Assembly (NCBI GenBank): GCA_965602905.1
Contig: CBFCZY010000014.1
Coordinates: 10,227 to 74,226 of the forward strand
Direction of reading: 5' to 3'
Length of the DNA stretch: 64,000 nucleotides
Origin: an uncultured bacterium
Lineage (GTDB): Bacteria > SAR324 > XYD2-FULL-50-16
The notes below the pieces were generated by a model that saw only the letters and a list, made by a program, of their open reading frames with translations, was not told the origin of the DNA and did not search any database. This document shows, one piece after another, positions 28,587 through 37,217 of the stretch (position 1 is its first letter; each line of letters starts with the position of its first letter). The position numbers and the translations under genes are program-made.

Positions 28587-29474
28587 CTAATTTTCTGCTT
28601 TTTTTACCCCTATGTAAAGGGCGCTAACGAGGTTTTTCCAAGAGAGGGGTTTGGCTTTATAAGCTTCTTTTAAGTGGGCAATGGCTTGTTTCTTTTGCCC
28701 TGCACGGGCAAAATCATGGGCCATATTACGATTGTGGAGCCAGAGGCCTCTGGCTTTTGCAGGTTCGTTGCCATGGGCTAAAAGGTGCCTCTCTAAGACT
28801 TTTAAAATTTGGGCAGCTTGGGGGCGGTAGTCTTTTGAAATTTCCCCTGTCCAGCAGCGGTAGAGGGCCAAGGGTTCAGGGGTGTACCCAATCTGCCAAG
28901 CCTTGGCGACCTTGATCCACAAATCCCAGTCTCCTTGGGCCCCTAAGGTTTCATCTAACCCCCCAACTTGGGTTAGGGCCTCTTTTTTCACCATGACCGA
29001 TAGGCGGCCGACAAAATTAACAACCATCAAATCTTGGTACAGGTCTCCTGCCAGAGCGAGTCCTTTGCAATCTTTCATGTGGCTGGGAAGTCGCTCCCCA
29101 AAATCACCGAACTCCACATAGTTGTGGTGAGTCAGGCCTAGTTTTTTATCGCCACCAGTAAATTGTTCTACCTGTAGGGTTAACTTATCAGGCAGCCAAA
29201 GATCAGTAGAATCCAAAAAGGCAATCAATTCCCCTGAAGCCTCTTTAATAGCTAGATTACGGCTTTTTGCAGGCCCACAATCTTTTAGGGAGATTAGCCG
29301 AATGCGGTGGTCTTCAAAGGAGGTAAGGATCTTTTCTGTGGCTTTGGAAGCACCGTCATTGACGATAATCAATTCCCAAAATTTATAACTTTGCGCAAGC
29401 ACCGTTGCTACCGCATCCCCTATGGTAGATTCAGAGTTACAGGTAGGCATTATAATGGAGACTTTTGGGCTCAT
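28587..29474 (-). CDS. Family 2 glycosyltransferase with a C-terminal helical (TPR-like) tail
   Basis: VSIIMPTCNSESTIGDAVATVLAQSY..ELIIVNDGASK and a later DSTD motif are typical of GT2. Confidence 0.9.
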   Translation of the reverse strand: MSPKVSIIMPTCNSESTIGDAVATVLAQSYKFWELIIVNDGASKATEKILTSFEDHRIRLISLKDCGPAKSRNLAIKEASGELIAFLDSTDLWLPDKLTLQVEQFTGGDKKLGLTHHNYVEFGDFGERLPSHMKDCKGLALAGDLYQDLMVVNFVGRLSVMVKKEALTQVGGLDETLGAQGDWDLWIKVAKAWQIGYTPEPLALYRCWTGEISKDYRPQAAQILKVLERHLLAHGNEPAKARGLWLHNRNMAHDFARAGQKKQAIAHLKEAYKAKPLSWKNLVSALYIGVKKAEN

Positions 29475-29580
29475 GGTTTTTCCTTTTGCCTTATTGTAAA
29501 AAGAATTGCATCCTAACTCAAGCGCTAAAGATTTTAACCCTTAGGTTTTATTTTTTGCGAGGGCAAAAGGAGCTCAGAGA

Positions 29581-30858
29581 ATGAAAAAAATTATTATTGT
29601 TGGTGGCGGTTTTGCAGGGTTAAATGCTGCGAAAAAATTGGCAGGAAAAGCAGATGTGCATCTGACCATTATTGACAAACGAAACTACCATCTTTTTCAG
29701 CCTTTGCTGTATCAAGTAGCTATGTCTGCCTTAAGCCCCGCTGATATTGCGCAGCCTATTCGCAGTCTCTTTACCAAAGAAAAAAATGTTAGAGTCCTCC
29801 AAGAAGAGGTGATTGCTGTTGACCGAGAAAAGAAGCTTTTGATCACCAATTTTGGCTCTTACGAATATGATTATTTGATTCTTTCTTGCGGCGTTCAACA
29901 TTCTTATTTTGGACATGAAGAGTGGGAAGAGCATGCCCCAGGCTTGAAAAATCTAGAGCAGGCCCGTGAAATTAGGAAAAGGGTCTTGACTGCCTTTGAA
30001 TTGGCGGAAAAGGAAACAGACCCGATTCGCCAGAAACAGTTGCTAACCTTTGTGGTTATCGGTGGTGGCCCTACAGGGGTTGAGCTTGCTGGTGCTATTG
30101 GCGAAATGACTCGCTACACCTTGGCCCACGATTTTAATCATATTGACCCTAAAATTTCCCGTATTATTTTAATTGAAGCAGGGGAAAGGATCTTGCCTAG
30201 CTTTGACCCAAAGCTTTCTAGTCGTGTTACCCGTGATTTAGAACATATTGGTGTGCAGGTTTGGGCAAAAAGCATGGTGACCAACATTGACGCTGAAGGC
30301 GTAAATGTCGGTGAAGAACGCATTCAATGCTCCACAGTGCTTTGGGGCGCTGGCGTGCAGGCTGTGACCTTGAACAAGAAATTAGATGTGGAAAGAGACA
30401 GATTAGGAAGGGTAATAGTTACGCCTGAGCTATCTTTACAAGATAACCCCGAAGTTTTTGTGATCGGTGACCAAGCTCATTTTTGCCCTGAAGGGTCAGA
30501 TCAGCCCTTACCGGGAATTGCGCCTGTAGCCATGCAGCAGGGTCGTTTTGCCGCAAAGAATATCCTTGCTGAAATCAAAGGGGAGCCTCGGAAGCCTTTT
30601 GTTTATAAAGACAAAGGCCAAATGGCCACCATTGGTAGCAGTCGAGCTATTGTGGAAGTAGGCTCTTTAAAATTAGTTGGTTTTGTCGCTTGGGTGCTTT
30701 GGTTGGTAATCCATATCTACTATCTTCTAGGCTTTAAAAATCAATTTTCTGTTATGGTTCAGTGGACTTGGTCTTACCTTTCCAATGCTCGTGGAGCCAG
30801 ATTAATTGAAGAGCGAGACTGGCGCTTTTACCCTAAAAAGAAAAAAGACCAAGACTAG
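29581..30858 (+). CDS. ndh: Type II NADH:quinone oxidoreductase (NDH-2)
   Basis: IIIVGGGFAG and VIGGGPTGVELAG dinucleotide folds, a C-terminal membrane-anchoring helix region, and overall NDH-2 similarity. Confidence 0.92.
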   Translation: MKKIIIVGGGFAGLNAAKKLAGKADVHLTIIDKRNYHLFQPLLYQVAMSALSPADIAQPIRSLFTKEKNVRVLQEEVIAVDREKKLLITNFGSYEYDYLILSCGVQHSYFGHEEWEEHAPGLKNLEQAREIRKRVLTAFELAEKETDPIRQKQLLTFVVIGGGPTGVELAGAIGEMTRYTLAHDFNHIDPKISRIILIEAGERILPSFDPKLSSRVTRDLEHIGVQVWAKSMVTNIDAEGVNVGEERIQCSTVLWGAGVQAVTLNKKLDVERDRLGRVIVTPELSLQDNPEVFVIGDQAHFCPEGSDQPLPGIAPVAMQQGRFAAKNILAEIKGEPRKPFVYKDKGQMATIGSSRAIVEVGSLKLVGFVAWVLWLVIHIYYLLGFKNQFSVMVQWTWSYLSNARGARLIEERDWRFYPKKKKDQD

Positions 30859-31304
30859 ACCAATTTATTTTGGATCATAAACTTGCCCAGAGTTTGGTCC
30901 AATCTTTTAATGTGTATGGTAAACCAGATGGATAAAAAGAAGTAAAGCTCATTGGGCAAATCCTCTTTGGTATCCTCAACCAATTCAGAAAACTCCTCAA
31001 AGAAATCCATTAAGTCGTCGTCTAGAGTGGAAAACCAATTGAATTTGATTTTTTCAATCATATTCTGGAAGCGAGTGTGCTCATCACGATGCTCAGCAAG
31101 CCCAGGGTAATTATTCGCCCTCATCACCTCTTCTTCTTGTTTAAAATGATCTTCTACATAGTCCGATAAAAAGAGGATTACTGTTTCTATTTCTGACTTA
31201 TCCTTTTTCTCTAGGCACTGTTCTAATTTTCTAAAGGTTGCAAACAGGGTTGCGTGTTGGTCATCTTGCCATTTGACCCCGGTACGAGGGAGAGTAATTG
31301 CCAT
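30855..31304 (-). CDS. Hemerythrin-like metal-binding protein (bacteriohemerythrin family)
   Basis: W..DQH..LF...L..YVEDHFKQEEEVM...YPGLAEHRDEH..F matches the hemerythrin His/Glu ligand pattern. Confidence 0.8.
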   Translation of the reverse strand: MAITLPRTGVKWQDDQHATLFATFRKLEQCLEKKDKSEIETVILFLSDYVEDHFKQEEEVMRANNYPGLAEHRDEHTRFQNMIEKIKFNWFSTLDDDLMDFFEEFSELVEDTKEDLPNELYFFLSIWFTIHIKRLDQTLGKFMIQNKLV

Positions 31305-31607
31305 AGTTTTTTTAAAGGTGCTATAATGTTAACTTCTATTGAAGGCTAGATTACCCCATAATTAAAGCGAATTCTAGGAGAAATGTGTTAAAGGCTGACT
31401 GGGCTTTAAGAAAAGCCATGTTCCAAATTCAAATCTTTGGACTTGGAGCTTCTTTTGGGAATTTTTGGCCTTAAGGTAAAACTAATTTTGAGTATGATAA
31501 TATCTAGATTGAGTTGAGTGACTGAGTTTACCAGTTGCCTGAGGCCATGGGCGTAATTTTGGTGTTGTTGGATAAAAGAAATAGGGAGAGTTCCCTGAAA
31601 AAAAGGC

Positions 31608-31640
31608 AAAAAAAAACCCTTGGCCAAGCTAGACCAAGGG
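31608..31640 (-). terminator. Strong rho-independent terminator with no annotated gene upstream
   Basis: On the minus strand: CCCTTGG-loop-CCAAGGG followed by T9 (plus-strand A9 at 31608-31616). Confidence 0.7.
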
Positions 31641-32207
31641 TTAATTCATTGATTTGTTATGGTTTACTCTTTGCAGCCCATTGCCACAGCGATAAGTAAG
31701 CCCATAGCGAACAATTCTCTGATAAAATCCGCAGGCACTTTTAACTCCATCCCCGAGTTTAAAGAACTTTATCCATCATTGGAAAAGCCCAACAGAAGGT
31801 AAGCATCTAAATATCTCTAAAAAGAAATTTTAGAGCCTATGAACGCAAAGATACTTCTATCCTTGTTTTCATAGGCTATTCTAAATATTTTTTACTATTT
31901 AGAAAAGAAGAAAATTCAGGAAAATCAATTTTTTCAATAGATAAGGGGTATAAATTACCAAATTTCCCTTTTATTTGAGAAAAATGCCTTTCTCTGCATC
32001 ATATTCCTCTGCTTGGCATAAAAATTATGGCAATTTTTGGGGGGGGCATGGGGAGTAAGTTAACTAGGTTGGTTCGGTCAGGGCTGAGTTAGTGGCCTAA
32101 ATCCAGTTGGCTTTTTGGATCTAGGTTGGGTCTAGCTGAGTGGGGCAACCGGTTGCACTTATTGGTCGCACTGTTTCATTTCGTTGCGTGGCGAGCTTGG
32201 AAAAAAG

Positions 32208-33116
32208 CTATTGCTCTTCAATACTCCTCAAGCCTTCGACGTCCTGTTCTTTACTTAGGGTTTTTAAGGTAACGTGGGTCACCCCGCTGGCAACTTCCCA
32301 AGAATCTTCCATCAAAGCATGCACCACCAATTCTTTTTTCTTAGGTGTTTTTGTATTAAACTTGATGGTCGTCTCGGCACGCCCTTGCCCATTTAAGGCC
32401 AGTTGTCTTTTCAAGGTGGTTTGCCTTATGTTCACAGAGATAAAAACAAGGCTTTCTCTCGGTGGCGGTTCCCCTGCTGGGCTAACGAGCCTTACCTTAA
32501 TCTTCAGGCTGTCTGATTTTTCTAAATCAATGGATTTGGTGGAACTGGTAACCTCTAGATGCTGGATGATAGGCTCTATTTTTTTCTTTAGGCTGCCTGT
32601 TTGTTCCACGCCTCGCATCAGTTGGCCTGCCGCCAAGGTGGTTCTTAATTTTCCATTTTGTACCTTAGCGGCCCCCTTAAACATACCAATATTGGTTTTT
32701 TTAGGTTCTCTGGTATCCATGGCTAAGGTTGTACCTTTAACGCCAATAACAGTCTCTTTGCTGCGCAAAGCAAAGCCCGCACGATTTGTTTTAGGCCGAG
32801 GCGAGCTGGCCCAAATGGCCCCCTTTTTCACATGGGCCGACAGGCGCCCATTTTTAAAACTAGCCTTTACTTTACTGCCTGAAAAAATCCGAACCTCGGT
32901 ACCATCGGCGTAAACCAAGGTCGCTTTGCCCTTTGGCCCTGTGGTAATATGGTCGCCTTCCTTTACTTTGAGTTCTCCACTTGGTCCTTCCATCCCATTT
33001 TTATGGGTGATTTGGACAGACCCTGAAAGTTCTTTCAGCTGGGCTATGACTTCTGCAAAGGCAAAGTGAGGGAGTAGGTAGAGTAAAAAGAGAAAGAGTA
33101 AGGTTTTTGTGATCAT
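32208..33116 (-). CDS. Secreted FecR-domain protein
   Basis: Signal peptide (LLFLFLLYLLPHFAFA) and a FecR-like segment (GDHITTGPKGKATLVYADGTEVRIFSGSKV). Confidence 0.8.
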   Translation of the reverse strand: MITKTLLFLFLLYLLPHFAFAEVIAQLKELSGSVQITHKNGMEGPSGELKVKEGDHITTGPKGKATLVYADGTEVRIFSGSKVKASFKNGRLSAHVKKGAIWASSPRPKTNRAGFALRSKETVIGVKGTTLAMDTREPKKTNIGMFKGAAKVQNGKLRTTLAAGQLMRGVEQTGSLKKKIEPIIQHLEVTSSTKSIDLEKSDSLKIKVRLVSPAGEPPPRESLVFISVNIRQTTLKRQLALNGQGRAETTIKFNTKTPKKKELVVHALMEDSWEVASGVTHVTLKTLSKEQDVEGLRSIEEQ

Positions 33117-33284
33117 TAGGAGTAGCCGAAATTCTTGGTTAACATGAAGTGATTTTAAAACAAGCGGCCTTACTCTGTCTAACCTTGCTGCTTTTTTTCT
33201 TTCCTAAGGCCGATTTTTTTTTTCACTTTTAATAAAGTTCCTTTTTCCCCATGATAGGGTTTTTAAAAAGGATTTAAAATTATC

Positions 33285-33425
33285 ATGTTTAGTAAAATTT
33301 TAGCGGTCATTGGATTTGTTTTTCTTGGGGCCTTAGTCTATTTGTTTCTAGAAGTAGAAAAGTTAAAAGACCAAAGAGACGCTTCCCAAAGGCCAGTGCA
33401 GGCTTCTTCCATTTCGCCCAAATAA
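33285..33425 (+). CDS. Possible small single-pass membrane protein (46 aa)
   Basis: ATG preceded by AAGGA about 12 nt upstream. MFSKILAVIGFVFLGALVYLFLEVEKLKDQRDASQRPVQASSISPK has one clear TM helix and a charged tail. It is below the ORF-track size cut-off. Confidence 0.35.
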   Translation: MFSKILAVIGFVFLGALVYLFLEVEKLKDQRDASQRPVQASSISPK

Positions 33426-33781
33426 TAATCTGGCCTAAAAACTATTTTGTTTCTTGAGGGTTAATTGCTGTTTGGGATGAGAGAAAACCTTAGGGCAATA
33501 ATAAATAGGCTGTGGTTTGCCCCACCTAGGTGTTAAAGCGCTGGGGCGATAGGTAGCTGGGGCGTTATTTTTAATGCCTTGAGGGGCCTTGAACCCAATT
33601 TTAACCTTGCGGCAGAAATATAATTGTTAAAATTTAAGTATAATTTTTAACAAGGGGAGTTAGCCACCACCCAAGGAAAAGCCAGAGTGATTCGGCTTTG
33701 AGAAGATATTTAGCTTTTCATCATCCTTATTTTGGTTTAGGTTTGGTTTAGAGAATTTTGTCTAACCGATGCAACATAATC

Positions 33782-35830
33782 ATGAGTAAAACCATGCCTC
33801 CAGAAGGTCAGGCCCAGGAAATCAACTTTGAACATTTGGCTGAAAAGGCTAAGGGTTTAAATCCAGATGAATTGGAGCTTCTGCTTGAGAAAACGTTACA
33901 CCTTGCTGGCCAGTTACAAAATCAAAAAAAACAAAATCTCCTTGCCCCCTCTTTAGATGAGTTGAGCGATGAAGAAGCGGAAAAGGCTTTTTTCCTCAGG
34001 GGCTTTGCCCCCTTTGCGGCACTTGCCGATTCTCAATTTAACTACGTTGTTTCTATCTCTGAGCTTCTCAGTCTGGATACTCAAACCCCCTTTATTGCTC
34101 AAAACCAACCTACACCGGGACTCTTTTTGCTTTTCGAGCAGGCCGAAGGTTTAGTTTTTGGTGCATCCAGCCCCATTTTTCGTCGTTCAGGGATCTTTGG
34201 CGAAAATGTACTTTTAGGCACAGCCCAAAAGTCGCCCTTTAACGTGACTCCCTTGGCCCACTGTAAAGCCATTTATATTTCCAATAAGGACCTGTGGCAA
34301 TTTATCCCTACAATGCCAGGCCTTTTTAATGACCTCTGTTTAGAGGTGCAAAAGACCCTAGAGCAAGATCTGGTTTTCGCAGGCAAACGCCTTTTGTTTG
34401 CCCAAGAGGAGATCCGCATCAGTAAAGATGCCCTAGATGAATTGGGTCAGGTCTCATTTTTAGTCGATGAACGTGGTGAAATAGAAGGGGGAATCTCCCA
34501 GAAGGCGAGGTCTATCTTAGGTTCAGAAAATCTTACAGGCCGCTCCTTTGCAGATATTCTTTTTAAAAAAGACAGAAAGGCTTTGCAGGCCTACTACCGA
34601 GCTTTACGCCTCCTATTTGAAGAGGAAGAACAGGATTATGGCCCTGAGCTGGCTCTTTTGCCGCAGGAAACGACCTACAAAGGCCGCACCTTCCACCTCT
34701 ATTACACTCCCACGCTAGATGCCAATGGCGAGGTGATGAGCCTCTATGTAAGAATGGAAGATGTGACACGTCGCATTGAGTTAAAAAAGTTAGAGGAATC
34801 CAGCGCTGCCAGACAAGAGGCAGAAGATATAATAATTAAGTGCATCAAGGATGATACCAAGGGCTTTTTAGAATTGATTGAAGCTGGTGACAAGGCTATG
34901 CATGGAGCCTCCAAGTTGATAGACCAAGTTTTAGACGGCAATTGGGAAAAGGATCTTTTAAAGGATGATTTTCTAAACCTTCACTCCATTCAAGTTCTTT
35001 GCTTAGCCTTTGGTATGAGTGGCCTTTTGGATGCTTCAAATGACTTAGAAACGGCCATGGAGATCCTCTGGAATACCAATGAAGCCGATCATTTAGAAGG
35101 TGCCTTTATGACCTTTGAAGCTGAGTTGCAGTATGCAAATCTTCTTAAAGACAAGTTTGGCGATGCTTACTTTTCTATGCTCCAAGGAATCAACTTCTCC
35201 GCCCAAGAATTTAATGAACTTTTCCGCTTTGCCAGTGGCCAAGACTGCAATGCTGTGGCGCAAATTTTAATGAAAAAATCCTGCGTTGCCGCAGATTTAC
35301 TGATTGAAGGTTGGGAGGATGATGTTCACTCCCTATGCCGCAGGGTGGGTAAAAAGGTTGAATTGTCCCTTGAAGTGGAGCCTGGCTTACAGGTTTGGAG
35401 CTCTCAAATTAAAACCTTGAACTATGAACTGCGTCATCTTTATAGAAATTCTATCGACCATGGTCTAGAAACGCCTCAGGTCAGAGCCGCCACAAATAAG
35501 GCCTTGGTTGCAAGGTTGATCATTAAGGTTAGGAGGTCTGATGACCTCTTGAAAATCACTGTTAGAGACGATGGTGTAGGTATTGACCCCTATAAGCTTG
35601 GTAAGATGGCCGAAGACAACCGAGGTTTAGACAAAGAAATGGTGCAGTCTTTAATCCAAAAGGGCGAAGTCTGGAAACTGCTCTTTCTGCCTGAATTTAT
35701 TGGGCATGGTAAAAAGAATGGCCTCGCTGTGGTGGAAGATGCTGTGAAGAAATTTGGCGGAAAAATCAGTATGGTTTCTGAGTTGAGCCAAGGCAGCCAA
35801 ATCACCATCAAGTTACCCTTACCCTACTAG
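33782..35830 (+). CDS. Multidomain CheA-like histidine kinase (cNMP-binding-like + PAS-like + HPt-like + HATPase_c)
   Basis: The C-terminal ATPase has a CheA-type N-box (LRHLYRNSIDHGLE) and G-box (NGLAVVEDAVKKFGGKISMVSELSQGSQITIKLPL). The N-terminal region has the cNMP-binding pattern (GIFGENVLLG). Start chosen at ATG 33782. Confidence 0.8.
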   Translation: MSKTMPPEGQAQEINFEHLAEKAKGLNPDELELLLEKTLHLAGQLQNQKKQNLLAPSLDELSDEEAEKAFFLRGFAPFAALADSQFNYVVSISELLSLDTQTPFIAQNQPTPGLFLLFEQAEGLVFGASSPIFRRSGIFGENVLLGTAQKSPFNVTPLAHCKAIYISNKDLWQFIPTMPGLFNDLCLEVQKTLEQDLVFAGKRLLFAQEEIRISKDALDELGQVSFLVDERGEIEGGISQKARSILGSENLTGRSFADILFKKDRKALQAYYRALRLLFEEEEQDYGPELALLPQETTYKGRTFHLYYTPTLDANGEVMSLYVRMEDVTRRIELKKLEESSAARQEAEDIIIKCIKDDTKGFLELIEAGDKAMHGASKLIDQVLDGNWEKDLLKDDFLNLHSIQVLCLAFGMSGLLDASNDLETAMEILWNTNEADHLEGAFMTFEAELQYANLLKDKFGDAYFSMLQGINFSAQEFNELFRFASGQDCNAVAQILMKKSCVAADLLIEGWEDDVHSLCRRVGKKVELSLEVEPGLQVWSSQIKTLNYELRHLYRNSIDHGLETPQVRAATNKALVARLIIKVRRSDDLLKITVRDDGVGIDPYKLGKMAEDNRGLDKEMVQSLIQKGEVWKLLFLPEFIGHGKKNGLAVVEDAVKKFGGKISMVSELSQGSQITIKLPLPY

Positions 35831-35831
35831 C

Positions 35832-36911
35832 TTAAAAGACCCAACCTAAGTTAGAAAAGAACACAATATCCACATTCTGTGGCCCTTGGCTTTGGTTTTC
35901 AGTAAAACCCATTTCCCAAGTTGCGCTATCTGCAACATACCAGCGTAGGCCTGTGGTTATTTCTCTAGCGTCGGAGCCAATGGCAGAAGAGTTATTTTCA
36001 GGGAAGGGGCTAGAGTATTCTAATGCTTGGAGCAGAAGATCGGTACTGCTACCCATTTCCCAAGAAGCACCAAGGAAGAAATAATATTGTTCTTCCGGTG
36101 ATTTTGGCAGGAGTGACTGGCCAACCTTGGCTACGGAAAAACCAGCATGCAAGGTCCAATCAGGGAATAAAGAGCTATAAAGCAGGCCATAGTTAAAGTC
36201 GTTGAACTTTTTATAATCGGAACCATAGTCAGGGGTAACTTCGTTGATCTCTCGCTCAATGTAGCGGTCTCCGAAATTGGAAGAGAAGATCAAACTGATG
36301 GCTTCGGTGGCCGTCTTTCGTAAATTGAACTTCAAACCTAAGGTCATGGATTCTTGGTGAAAGGTATCGTTAGCTTGGGTAACTACCAAAACATTTTCCC
36401 CTGTCTCGTTATCATGCACGTAGATTTCCAGCTGGTCTTGGTCTGTTTGTTCACGGCCTTGGTTGCCAATACCAAAAGTGGAATGGAAAGATTCAATGGT
36501 AGAATCCAAATTTCCCTTGATCAGGCGGATGTCTCGGTAAGTGAGTTGCAACTCCACCGAATCAGTCCAGCCCCAATAGAGACGGAAGTACCTACGGTCG
36601 ATTTCACCGTCAATGTAGATAGAATAGCCGTTTGAATCGCTTTCGCTAAATTGACTGGCGTCACCATCTGGATTGTCTACCTTATCGCTGTTATCAGTGA
36701 AAACATAGGTATTCAGGTTGGTAAAGGAGACCTGAGTGTAGATTTTGCCGTTTTCAACAGGAAAGGCCGTATCTGGCTCAAAGGTGGTCGACATAAAGAG
36801 CAGGGGATATTGCGGGCCAACCAAGAAAGGTCGGTTTAAGCTTTCATTCCCACGGGCAAAGACCATAGAGGGAAGTAGTAACAGCAATAAGATGAGTATT
36901 ATTTTTTTCAT
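35832..36911 (-). CDS. Outer-membrane beta-barrel protein of unknown function
   Basis: Signal peptide (ILILLLLLLPSMVFA), alternating beta-strand pattern, and a C-terminal aromatic residue (SNLGWVF). Confidence 0.75.
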   Translation of the reverse strand: MKKIILILLLLLLPSMVFARGNESLNRPFLVGPQYPLLFMSTTFEPDTAFPVENGKIYTQVSFTNLNTYVFTDNSDKVDNPDGDASQFSESDSNGYSIYIDGEIDRRYFRLYWGWTDSVELQLTYRDIRLIKGNLDSTIESFHSTFGIGNQGREQTDQDQLEIYVHDNETGENVLVVTQANDTFHQESMTLGLKFNLRKTATEAISLIFSSNFGDRYIEREINEVTPDYGSDYKKFNDFNYGLLYSSLFPDWTLHAGFSVAKVGQSLLPKSPEEQYYFFLGASWEMGSSTDLLLQALEYSSPFPENNSSAIGSDAREITTGLRWYVADSATWEMGFTENQSQGPQNVDIVFFSNLGWVF

Positions 36912-37217
36912 TCTCTTTATTCAATCATTGAACATAGTTTTTCATCAAGCTATGATGCAAGATCATTACCATTTGCCCTATATATAGACATAGACTCAAA
37001 ATGGATTAATTTGGCGGAAAATATCAGGGAAACTCGACTATTTTGGTCTGGGAATCTTCTTGAATATTTATTTGGGTATAATTTATGCTTTGCCATTGCA
37101 GTAAATCAGGGAAGGCTTAAAGGCAATGGACCCTGTAAGTTAATAGAAAAAAGCTCTAAAAACTAGAATTAGTCAGTTAATTCAGTTGTTTTGGGAAAAA
37201 GATAGAAAAGGGAAAGC

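Noticed and set aside
31406-31627. 73-aa minus-strand ORF
   Set aside because: Its TTG start lies inside the stem of the 31608-31640 terminator, and the sequence is unremarkable. It is more likely the hemerythrin promoter/leader region.
32140-32913. 257-aa plus-strand ORF
   Set aside because: It lies entirely antisense to the FecR-domain gene, which has a signal peptide and a recognisable domain. The antisense translation is Ser/Leu/Cys/Val-rich low-complexity sequence with no start context.
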